Below, piece by piece: positions 1-10,380 of a stretch of 64,000 nucleotides of DNA. Where the stretch lies: NCBI GenBank assembly GCA_964016885.1, contig OZ024740.1, positions 256,246,001 to 256,310,000 of the forward strand, read 5' to 3'. The position numbers were made by a program, and so were the translations under genes. The stretch is from Eledone cirrhosa (taxonomy: Eukaryota). Below the pieces are notes generated by a model. The model was not told where the DNA came from. It did no database searches and was given only the letters and a program-made list of their open reading frames with translations. Every line of letters starts with the position of its first letter. The first letter of the stretch is position 1.

Positions 1-26
1 TAGTCCAGCAGTCGCAAGCGGTGGGA

Positions 27-79
27 GGGACTGCCCTGACGAAGGCCAGTTAAGCCTGAAATGCATAGACGGTTGTCCC
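27..79 (+). ncRNA. Minimal type I hammerhead ribozyme (PLE-type)
   Basis: CTGACGA (36-42), stem II AGGC/GCCT, GAAA (58-61), palindromic stem III ATGCAT, cleavage triplet ATA; imperfect stem I with GGGAC/GTCCC. Confidence 0.7.
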
Positions 80-828
80 CTTTGCTTCTGCTGGACATCA
101 CCAGAGTGCGTTAGCCCCCCGGTGTTTGCATAGCTACGGCTTCCTAAACCTGTATTTCTTTGGAGATACGAAATATTTATACATATTGTATAAAGCTATG
201 TTTGAAGGGAAATCCTATTTCTTTTATATATATTTTTTTGAAATATCCAGTTCTGCGTTTACAGATTGACTTTGTTAGTTTCAGAAGATCCCGTTAAGGG
301 TGAAAGCAGCGATTCTTTGCTTAAACTTTAATCTGTTGTTTTAATAAATATTTGCTCTACGGTTCTTATATATTTGATATATATTTATCCTTATCGAGCC
401 CTCTTTGGATTTTAGTCTTCAAATTTATTATTATTACTATTATATATATATATATATATATTATACATATTTTGCCACATATTTGTTATATTCATTCATT
501 ATGAGAATGAAGTAGAATTAGTCCTGTAACAGTCATTTATTTAATAAATATGTCGACGTTTCAGAGCATGCACGTTTGGGACTAGATGTTGAAATGGAAA
601 AAGCGCAGCCGTCGCGCCCGTACTCTTTATGATACATATATATGTATAAAATATGACGATGCAACAGTATAAGACATTCATATATTTCAGATCTCTAATG
701 TAATTTTGTCAATATCTAGATTGGCGGAAGACAATTCAGAGATAAATCCAATTAGCATATTTCCGGTCTTCGTAGATTTGTAAAGAACATATATAACAAA
801 TAAAGGATCATCAAGGTTTAGCAATTAA

Positions 829-1819
829 TCTATATATATAAAACTGTGGTTGTCTGTCTGTCTATCGATTTTTGGCACACATCTCCTCTTAGAATCTCTC
901 ACGGAATTGCACCGAAATTGCTATACTTGTACATTGAGCCCTAGCGAAGACATCGGAAAAAAAAATTTCAAATTGACCCACCCTATGTGCCGAAATCGAA
1001 TATAATGTATCGATTTTTGAGCGTAAGTTATCAGTTATTTCCCTTTGTTCTGTTTACATTGAGCGTCTTACGTAAAAAATTACGCTGGCTTTCTCAGCGT
1101 TTTGTCGAGCCAGCAAAATATTGACCTTCAAAATTCATCAGTTCGAACACTAAGCTTCCGTTTTGCTTCATTTCCATTTAAAAGCATTTTAAAACAATAT
1201 TTTTACTTGAAAACAAGTCTATTTAAAGACTACGTAAAACAAGCAAATATTTCGTCGTTAGGCGTGCAGACAGACAGTCGCGCAGACAGACAGTCGTGCA
1301 GAGAGGTGATATACGCGTGCAGACAGATAGTCGTGCAGAGAGGTGATATAGGCGTGCAGACAGACAGTCGTGCAGAGAGGTGATATAGGCGTGCAGACAG
1401 ACAGTCGTGCAGAGAGGTGATATAGGCGTGCAGACAGACAGTCGTGCAGAGAGGTGATATAGGCGTGCAGACAGACAGTCGTACAGAGAGGTGATATAGG
1501 CGTGCAGACAGACATAACTGATAATTTGGTTACGCTAATGTTTTTCTCTGCGTTGCAGTGTTTACATTTTCGATCTTTGTTAATAAATAACCAGTGCAGT
1601 TTTTATCCCCAGCATCCTCTTTTGTTATAACATTCGGGTTATCGTTATGTTTTCTTAACTTCATAAGGCATATTGTTGGTTGAGGGAATATTAATCAAAA
1701 ACACCACATGCGAGTCTGCACAGTAGTCACTACAGTTTTTAAGCCAATAAAGAAACTTAACGTTGTAACTTTAACACAGCTACTGAGCGACCCCGAGCAA
1801 CGCCGGGCTTTACTGCTAG
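829..1819 (+). mobile_element. Non-autonomous Helitron
   Basis: Starts A|TC-TATATATATAAA and ends with hairpin CCCG-agcaacgc-CGGG, then CTAG|T at 1816-1820. Inserted in an AT dinucleotide with no TSD; has an internal minisatellite. Confidence 0.8.
1259..1514. repeat. 37-bp minisatellite (about 6-7 units) inside the Helitron
   Basis: Unit taggcgtgcagacagacagtcgtgcagagaggtgata, built from two CGTGCAGA-containing subunits. Confidence 0.95.
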
Positions 1820-2458
1820 TACATTATATATTTGATTTGCATATGTTTAATAATACTGCAAAAAATATAATTGATTCTAATGATTTTTCTACAGATGTAT
1901 TGAGTGGTACATCCTTTGCAGTAGAATGAATATATATACCTGTGTGTGCGTATGCGTGTGTATGTATATATGCACACACACACATAATATATATATATAT
2001 ATATATATATCTCAATTAGAAATTGATTGATATATATATATATATCTAAAATAAGCATATGAAACAATCACAGGGAATAATTTGTAAAAGTGTGTAAGCA
2101 CACATAGCTAGGTAGGTAACTAATTAAAGTTTAACTAGAACTTTAAATATAGATACCTATGAATTGATTAATCTTCCTTGTATATATATCTCATTAAAAA
2201 AATATATTTCCTCATCAATCGACCTTTAATCATAGTAGCCAAATTCCGGATTGTCAAGAAGGGAAGATATTTAACTATCTGTGTTTACACACCAAATCCA
2301 AATCTGCGAATGACTAGCAGCACGCGTTGGATTTTTAAAAAATAGACTCATAGTATCAGCTTCATTCCAGTGGCGTTAATAAGGTTATCGACAACTAGAA
2401 ATAGCAGTCGAGTCCTTTCAACTGAGTTAGTTCTACAATTAAAGGGACGTATATATAT

Positions 2459-2686
2459 CCAAAGTTAAATTAAGGGTGTCATGTCAGAGAGATATGCACC
2501 ATATCCACTGTAGAATATGTTCCAAGATTCCATTTTATATCAATTAGAAATTGATTGACATATATATATGTCAATCAATATCTAATTGATATAAAATGCT
2601 CGGATCTATTCATTAGAATCTTGGAGCATATTTTACAGTGGATATGGCGCATGTCTCTCTGACATGACAACCTTAATTTAATTTTG
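2459..2686. repeat. Fold-back inverted repeat centred on a short (TA)n
   Basis: Arms of about 100 bp mirrored around 2564/2565; small insertion in the right arm; (TA)n on both sides. Confidence 0.9.
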
Positions 2687-2819
2687 TGTATATATATACA
2701 TATATATATATCCAGGGGGTGTAACTAGGAGTTACTGCAGGTTCACCCGAGTGAGCACTCGATGTTTAGGTTCACTCCTGTGATGATGTGTAGAGCTATA
2801 CAGAGTGTAATATATACAA

Positions 2820-3096
2820 AGGATAAAAGGACGGTTGATTATTCCTTCATTGCATTTATTGATAGGTGACGCGCGTTTCGCCACTGATCAGCTCAAGGTT
2901 CGATCTATATCGATCCTACCCGACTCAATAAACCGCAGCTCGACGGACCTTCTTGAAATGCTTTTCAAGAAGGTCCGTCGAGCTGCGGATTATTGAGTCG
3001 GGTAGGATCGATATAGATCGAACCTTGAGCTGATCAGTGGCGAAACGCGCGTCACCTATCAATAAATGCAATGAAGGAATAATCAATCGTCCTTTT

Positions 3097-3101
<5 letters not shown>
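2820..3101. repeat. Near-perfect 282-bp palindrome with a degenerate HHR-like motif in each arm
   Basis: Arms of about 139 bp with a 4-nt loop (2959-2962). GAAAC-GCGC-GTC at 3042-3053 and a possible stem I GGTAGG/CCTATC; the CUGANGA box is not intact. Confidence 0.9.
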
Positions 3102-3189
<88 letters not shown>

Positions 3190-3249
3190 AAAGAACAGGT
3201 TCCTTATATTTAAAAAAATCATCATCTTACGATCGTTTCTGGGATATAC

Positions 3250-3652
3250 ATGTGTATGTTGGTATGTATATCATATTAAAGATCTCAGTAAAAAAATATT
3301 ACAAATTATCAGAGGAGATATACATACCTTCACTTATATATGTTATCTTCAGAAATGATGAAGTATGTTTATTGAAATAAAGTATTAATACAAAAAGTTT
3401 GTTTGGGAACAGGTTTTGAATTGATCAATAGAAATGTTAGAGGTCAAGTTGATAGAATAATCGTAGTAGAAACTTTATGCTAGGAGTGGAGGGATGTAAA
3501 TTTTGGACTCTGTTTTCCTATAATTCTTATCGTTAAATTTTGAATGCATTTTCTCTTTTCATGATATCTTCTATATTTGGATTACATTGAGTTCTTCATG
3601 CGGATTTGACACTACCGTTTATTTTGGTAGATATATCTACACACACACACAT

Positions 3653-3703
<51 letters not shown>

Positions 3704-3870
3704 TATATATATATATATAGATGTATATATATATGTGTATGTTGGTATGTATATCATATTAAAGATCTATGTAAAAAAATTACAAATTATCAGAGGAGAT
3801 ATACATACTTTCACTTATATATGCCATCTTCAGAAATGATGAAGTATGTTTATTGAAATAAAGTATTAAT

Positions 3871-3873
<3 letters not shown>
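3250..3873. repeat. About 140-bp direct repeats (3250-3392 and 3733-3873) between (TA)n tracts
   Basis: Direct sequence match. The minus strand contains CTGAAGA...GAAA but no clear stem I, so it may be a PLE pseudo-LTR remnant. Confidence 0.8.
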
Positions 3874-3917
<44 letters not shown>

Positions 3918-3922
<5 letters not shown>

Positions 3923-4660
3923 GTAATCTGAGTTTTTCGAATATTTATAATAACATTCGATTCGTTTGCAATTATGCAAACAAGCCTCAATTTTATAGCC
4001 ATGTCAGTAGAATGAACACTTCATTCTTGCTCTTGTATTGGCATGCGAACAGAACTGCAGACACTAATGTTTCTGGGTATCACCCTTCATCAGTACAGCT
4101 CACTGTTCACCTTCCAAACTGTCAGAGCTAGTGAAAATATATGCTATTTTCAAAAATAGACAGTGACTGATCGGCCTGATTTGCATATTAGCAGACTGAT
4201 TGATCAGTCAGATCTGCATATTAGCAGATCCACTGATCGGCCAGATTTGCATATCAGCAAATTGGCCAGTCAGTTTCCTGTATACGCGCGATAACGACCG
4301 GCTTTGCCAAATTCAAATAAAAAAGAAAATTTCGCTCTATATGGCTGAATACAATAAATGTAATCTGAGTTTTTCGAATATTAATAATAATATTCGATTT
4401 GTTTGCAATTATGCACACAAGCCTCAATTTTATAGCCATGTCAGTAGAATGAACCCTTCATTCTTGCTCTTGTGTTGGCATGTGAACAGAACTGCAGACA
4501 CTAATGTTTCTGGGTATCACCCTTCATCAGTACAGCTCACTGTTCACCTGACAAACGTCAGAGCTAGTGAAAATATATGGTATATTCAAAAATACACAGT
4601 GACTGATCGGCCTGATTTGCATATTAGCAGACTGGCTGATCAGTCAGATGTGCATTCTAG
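3918..4660. repeat. About 300-bp direct repeat (3918-4228 and 4356-4660) with internal 33-bp subrepeats
   Basis: Direct sequence match; subrepeat ctgatcggcctgatttgcatattagcaga. Confidence 0.85.
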
Positions 4661-4957
4661 CGGTCAAAAATACAGATATAAATATATATATATAGTCTAA
4701 CAAAGTTCTTTCGTTGCACATCTGCAACATCATCAGTGGTACTATTATCATGTTTCCCTACTGTCTTGTATTGTATTGTAATGTCTACGCCATTTTTATT
4801 TTATATAAAATAAAAATGGCGTAGACATTACAATACAATACAATACAGTAGGGGAAACATGATAATAGTACCACTGATGATGTTGCAGATGTGCAACGAA
4901 AGAACTTTGTTAGACTATATATATATATATATATATTTATATTTGTATTTTTGATCG
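4661..4957. repeat. Fold-back palindrome with a hammerhead in each arm
   Basis: Loopless centre at 4804/4805; arms include (TA)n and continue about 20 bp beyond it. Confidence 0.9.
4866..4917 (+). ncRNA. Minimal type I hammerhead (mirror copy on minus strand, 4693-4744)
   Basis: CTGATGA (4874-4880), stem II GTTGCA/TGCAAC, GAAA-G-AA-C-TT, imperfect stem I TACCA/TGTTA. Confidence 0.7.
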
Positions 4958-5172
4958 TTGGTCAGTCAGTGATAAACATTGATGGCCAAATGAATTAACT
5001 ATGGAGATATAAAAGATGCAGAAGCGAAAAAGAAAACCAACCAAACAATGAGTGTGTTGTGTTAATATTTCTGGCAATAGTATTACAACAATATGACCCT
5101 CCCCAAGTATAACAATATTTGTTTCGACTCACGATTTCACATCAAAGACCTCGCAAAACAAATTCATCGCTG

Positions 5173-5223
<51 letters not shown>

Positions 5224-5318
5224 AATGACAGATTAAAGTTTAAGCAAAGTATCGCTGCTTTCAGCCTTAACGGGATCTTCTGAAAAAACACACACACACA
5301 GACACATATATATATATG

Positions 5319-5371
<53 letters not shown>

Positions 5372-5374
<3 letters not shown>

Positions 5375-5851
5375 AGAATACAGGTAAAGAGGCAGGCTGC
5401 ATGGTTACTGTAAACAAAATGTAAGATGGTAATAGGGACGTAAACAAGAGAAGAAAAGTAGCCCTTCATCAGCTGTTAACTGCGGATCATAGATGTTTCG
5501 GCGCTTAAAACAAGACATCGATCGGCAGCGCGTCCGAGGCCTTTTATCCTTCAAAAGGCCACGAGGGAAAGAAATGATAAGAAAGAAAATAAGGGAAAGA
5601 GGAAAAAAACTAAGGGGGAACACAGGACAATGGCTCATGCAAGTGAGTAACCGAGGAGAAAATAGAATAAGGTATAACGTACCGATGGATATAAACCCGT
5701 GGTCATATAACTGCGGAGCAAGGTTTTTTCCGTGGCGATCTCAGTAAAGTGAGTGCAGAGAGAGCGAGAAGGATGGAGAAACCTGAAGTGAGAGGGATAG
5801 TGAGAGAGGGGAGAGAAGGGAAAGGGAGTTAATCCAAAAGGGGTTTACGAC

Positions 5852-5855
<4 letters not shown>
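5372..5855 (-). mobile_element. Non-coding retrozyme-like element, family A (single ribozyme copy)
   Basis: Bounded by (TA)n; pyrimidine-rich minus strand; permuted HHR; shared AACCAYGCAG motif near the 3' end (5397-5406). Confidence 0.55.
5462..5567 (-). ncRNA. Strand-permuted (pseudoknotted) hammerhead-like RNA, family A
   Basis: Minus strand reads GATGT-C-TTGTT-ttaagcgcc-GAA-ACATC-tatgatccgcagtt-AACAG-CTGATGA-aggg; GUC triplet, predicted cut 5514/5513. Confidence 0.75.
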
Positions 5856-5896
<41 letters not shown>

Positions 5897-6074
5897 CATT
5901 CGTTTAAATTTGGTGGTTTACCACAGGGTAGAATTGGTCATTCTGCAATGTTAACCATGACGTAATATTCGACGTTATGCAACTCATCCATCTTCAATGT
6001 TGAATTATGGTGGTGCGGGAAATGTCAGGAGGCCAAATATGTTGAATTTCCTTAATCTTTTATTACTGTAAACA

Positions 6075-6139
6075 CTATGCACATTTCAATGGCCAGGTTG
6101 CGTAAGAAGCCGGTGACCTCATCAGGATTAAATTGCATA
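6075..6139 (-). ncRNA. Candidate degenerate hammerhead
   Basis: CTGATGA, stem II GGTCA/TGGCC, GAAA-TGTGCA-TA; stem I is poorly supported. Confidence 0.35.
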
Positions 6140-6274
6140 ATAGATGTATATTAATGGAATAATGGTAAGCCTTAAGGAAACAAGCAAACAAAAACAAAGA
6201 GGAAAAAGTGTGTGCCATGCTTATGACCCAGAGACGGACGTAGTAGTATGTTGCCACACTGTTCATCCGCCTAT

Positions 6275-6312
<38 letters not shown>

Positions 6313-6342
6313 ACACACACATATATATATTTATATATATAT

Positions 6343-6375
<33 letters not shown>

Positions 6376-6951
6376 CACCCACACACATACACACACATAC
6401 AAATAAATAAATAAATATATATATATGACTGTTAGTATATTGTACGTATTTGTGTGTGATGATGTTTGAATAAATGTGTACGGGGACGGTTTCACTGTAG
6501 AAGCGCGACGTATCTAATAAATTAACTGTCACATCCCCTTTCTTCTCCACACTTCACCATCTTCCTCCTCCGCACCTCACCACCTTCCCCTCCACACCTC
6601 ACCACCTTCCCCTACTCACCACAGCACCCCCCCTCCACATCTCATCATCCTCATCCTACACACCTCAGAACCTTCCTTCCCACCTCACTTACCCACGCTT
6701 TCTACTGGTCGGCCATCTTTAGTGAGTTAACTAACAAAAAGCATCATTATCTGAACATGGCGTCTAATCAGATATGGAGGTGTTCCGTTTAAATTGCACC
6801 TCCTTGCTTTGATAGCTGTCGTTGGCAACAAAGACGCCATTGTTTCAGGGTAGCGCTTTTGCTGACTTCACAGAAAAATCTTGTTTTGAAAGCTAACGCC
6901 ATTTTGAAAAGCAACAACGACTACAAAAACAATAACAACTGGAAGAAGTTG

Positions 6952-7009
6952 AAGAAGAAGAAGAAGAAGAAGAAGAAGAAGAAGAAGAAGAAGAAGAAGA
7001 AGAAGAAGA
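6952..7009. repeat. (GAA)n microsatellite followed by AAC/GAT-rich low-complexity DNA to about 7370
   Basis: Seen directly. Confidence 0.95.
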
Positions 7010-7376
7010 ACTGCTTCGACAACATCAACAGCGACAGGAAAGAGAAGAATAACAACAGTTATTATGACAACAATAACAACAGCAACTATGACAACAACGA
7101 CAACAACTACAACATGAACAGTGACATGAAGGAGAACAACAGCTATGATGACAAAAATAACAACGACGATGACAACACCAATAAGAAAACAATAAAATAA
7201 AGTAAAGCAATATCAATAATATCTTCATCAACAATATTGTTAATGTTGATGATGATGATAATGGTAATGAAGACGAAGATAGTGATGAGGATGATAATGA
7301 TGATGGTGATGGTGTTAATGAGGATGGTGTTCGTGATGATGATGATGGTGTTGGTGGCGGTGGTCGTGATAATAAT

Positions 7377-7561
7377 TGTTTCTACATTTGGCACAAGGCC
7401 AGCAATTACCCAGTGCATTACTGGTACTTTATTTTATCGACCCCGTAAGGATGAAAGGCAAAGTCAACCTCGGTGGGATTTGAACTCAGACCGTAAAGGG
7501 ACGTAACTATGCTGGAAAGCATGGCGTCCGACCCTCTACCGATACTACCAATCCACCGCCC
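7377..7561 (-). mobile_element. tRNA-derived SINE with Deu/Nin-type core
   Basis: A-box TGGTAGTATCGG, B-box GAGTTCAAATCC, core GCCTTTCATCCTTACGGGGTCGATAAAATAAAGTACCAG, tail GGCCTTGTGCC...(ATT)n. Confidence 0.85.
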
Positions 7562-7580
7562 TTATAAATAATAATAATAA

Positions 7581-7790
7581 TGATCTCTGATTTAGGCACA
7601 AGGCCAACAATTTTGGGGTGTGGAAAGTCAATTAAATAGAGATTGGTTGTATTACTGGTACTGTATTTCATCGACCACATAAGGATGAAAGGCAAAGCTA
7701 ACCTCGGCGGGATTTGAACTTAGAAGGTAAAGGTACATAACTCTATGCTGCAAATCATGGTGTCAGATGCTCTACCGATACTGCCAATTC
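7581..7790 (-). mobile_element. Same SINE family, diverged copy
   Basis: Head, core and GGCCTTGTGCC tail match; sits next to (AAT)n. Confidence 0.8.
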
Positions 7791-7916
7791 TAAAAATAAT
7801 AATAATTATTATAATTAATAACGATTTTGGTGTTTAGATGATGATGGCGATGATGATGGTGGTGTTGTTCATGTTCGCGATGAAAAAAAAGAAAAAGAAA
7901 TAATAATAATTATTAT

Positions 7917-7953
7917 TTGGGTAATTGCTGGCCTTGTGCCTAAAGTAGAAACA

Positions 7954-7955
<2 letters not shown>
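7917..7955 (+). mobile_element. SINE 3' tail fragment
   Basis: tgggtaattgctggccttgtgcctaaagtagaaaca followed by (ATT)n. Confidence 0.7.
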
Positions 7956-7984
<29 letters not shown>

Positions 7985-8382
7985 TTATTATTATTATCAT
8001 TACTATTGTTATTCCTGAAATAAAATCAGAGACAGACAGACGGACAGACAAACGGACAGGCAAACGGAAGAGAGAGACAAGAATCAGAGAACTATCCCCA
8101 CCTTAACATCCCTTCGTCATTGTTTTTGTTTATGTGCAGTAATTAATAGGCGACGCGGCACATTACATCCCTTAATGTGCCGCTCACCTTCTCTGTTTCT
8201 TCCCAATCCCCCCTTCTTCCTGTTCTTATCTCTTTTACCATCTTGGCTTATCTCTCATCACTGCTGCTAGTGTTGCTACTACTACTACTACTACTACTAC
8301 TACTATTACTACTACTACTACTACTATTACTACTACTACTACTATTAAAAACAACAACAACAACAACAACAATAATAATAAT

Positions 8383-8540
8383 TGTTTCTACTTTTGGCAC
8401 AAGGCCAGCAATTGCCCAGTACATTACTGGTGCTTTATTTTATCGACCCTTGGAGAGATTTTGAACTCATAACGTAAAGGGACGTAATTCAATACCACAA
8501 AGCATATTGTCCGACGCTCTACCGATTCTACTAATCCACA
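8383..8540 (-). mobile_element. Same SINE family, internally deleted
   Basis: Tail and head match; core shortened; (AAT)n flanks. Confidence 0.75.
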
Positions 8541-8553
8541 ATAACAACAACAC

Positions 8554-8592
<39 letters not shown>

Positions 8593-8594
<2 letters not shown>

Positions 8595-10353
8595 ATTATT
8601 TATTAACCACAAGGGTTTACATAAAGGAAAACATTAAGGACAGTACAGCATTCGGTTACTGAGTGTATAAAAGGAAACACAATAACAATAACAAAATGTG
8701 TAACAAAAACATAGTAACAAAAGCAAATTCCCCAATAAGGGGCAAACCACCGAGCGTTACTCGTGGCGAAGCCCAGCGAAACCACGGTCACCCTGATTGC
8801 TAGGACAAGTATAGAAACAAATCACTATAAGTAACTATAGAATATAGAATAAGAAACAATCAACCACATACTCTCTGAATGCCCAGCTCTAGCCAAAAAA
8901 GAATATATCTACAGGCCTGATAGAGTTGCAAGCATTATGAAATACCAACAGAATAAAGATGGTATAAATACACACCAGAAAAAGTGTCAGCGAATGACAA
9001 AGAAACCATTCTCTGGGATATGCCAATACATACAGACAGAGAGATCAAGGCCAACCAACCAGATATTATAGTCAAAGACCTCCGAGGATAAAAATGCCTT
9101 CAAATAGATATATCTATCCCTACATACGACAATATATCTTCCAAGGAAATAGAGAAACTCTCCAAATAATTAGTTCTTCAGGTTTGATCTGGCTGTTCTA
9201 GTTAGCTCTATTGGGATGGCATCTGTCCCCTCCACACTCACGCATCCCAAGAGCCACCACATATCCAACTGGTGGAATCCTGGGAATGTGGACTCTAACA
9301 GTTCTTTTTCCCATGTGGGAGGGGTACATTATAAACTTGATTTTTTTTCAAGGGGTCATTGCGTGCTTCAAATCGAGGGTTTCTGACTTAAACAGCACCG
9401 AGATGGTGCCGTATTGTCTACCCCTCGCTATGTATTCTCTATCGTCTCTGATGCATCTCAGAGTAGCCGTGATGTCTGCTTGGGGAGAGTTTGTGGCTCT
9501 TTTCGTCTCAGCTGAGATGCATCTGAAGACCAGAGTTCTCCTCTCCACTGCCTCCATGGCCCCTGCCGGGACAGTTAAGTTGGCCCAGGTTTGCTCCTGT
9601 TTGATGAGCTTCCATGCCTGGGTCAACTTGTTTTTCCTTATCCGTCAAGTCCATGCTAAAGCATGGCCTTTTCTTGGCTGCTGTGGCAACGAAAGAGTTT
9701 TTTTCTTTGTTGTCGTTGCCGTTGTTATTGTTTATGGTGCTGTTGTTGATGTTGTCGTGGTTGTTGATGTTGTCGTTGTTGTTGGTGTTGTCACTGTTGT
9801 AGTTGGTGTGTTGCCCTTCTCGGCGCAGATGGTGTTGTTGCTTTCTTCCCTTGTTTCTTTGTTACTGCTGGTGCTGTCGTTATTCATGTTCTTGTTAGTT
9901 GTGTTGTTAATTTCGTTGTTTTTTTGTTGTTGTCTGTGATTTAGTTGTCACTGTTACAGCTGTTAGTGTTATCGTTGTTGCTGTTGTTGCTGTCGTTGTT
10001 CATGTTATTTGTTGTGGCGTTGTTAAATTTGTTACATGTTGTGTTTGTATTAAATATTTGTTTGCTTGTGTTAGCAATGGTGCATGTTGTGTCTGCCGTA
10101 TCCCTCCTCTCAACGTTTAAGCCGCTGTCACACCACAGCAGACTTTAAGTTGGGGGGGGGCTCAGCCATGATTTTTTTAAACAAAGTTCAAATATTTGGG
10201 CCAAAAAGCCTACATATTATAGTTTCTCCTTCACAGGACAAAGTTCAAGGTTATATGTCCCTTTCACGACAACAGAAATTAACAATAAGTTATTCATGAC
10301 AGGTAAATAAAGCAACTTACTGTAGCGAACAAAAATACGTCCGATCGATAGCC
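8593..10353 (-). mobile_element. Tx1-clade LINE copy 1 (3' end about 8593-8810, ORF1/5'UTR about 9170-10353; ORF2 missing)
   Basis: 3' terminus matches copies 4-6. The 5'UTR and MAEP start (10169) match copy 3. Asn/Thr-rich ORF1 N-terminus with the motif RGRQYGTISVLF. Confidence 0.75.
8852..9168 (+). pseudogene. R4/Dong LINE fragment (zinc knuckle and restriction-like endonuclease)
   Basis: Reads ETINHILSECPALA...ILWDMPIHTDREIKANQPDIIVKD...EKLSK, homologous to 27016-27450. Confidence 0.8.
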
Positions 10354-10380
10354 AATAAGGATGATAATAATAATAATAAT

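Noticed and set aside
278-340. Hammerhead in a segment of about 55 bp that recurs inverted at about 5228-5283
   Set aside because: Both copies read CAGAAGA rather than CTGANGA, and stems I and III cannot be formed; at most a decayed remnant.
1259-1514. CRISPR-like 37-bp periodicity
   Set aside because: Units are contiguous with no unique spacers; eukaryotic context; no cas genes.
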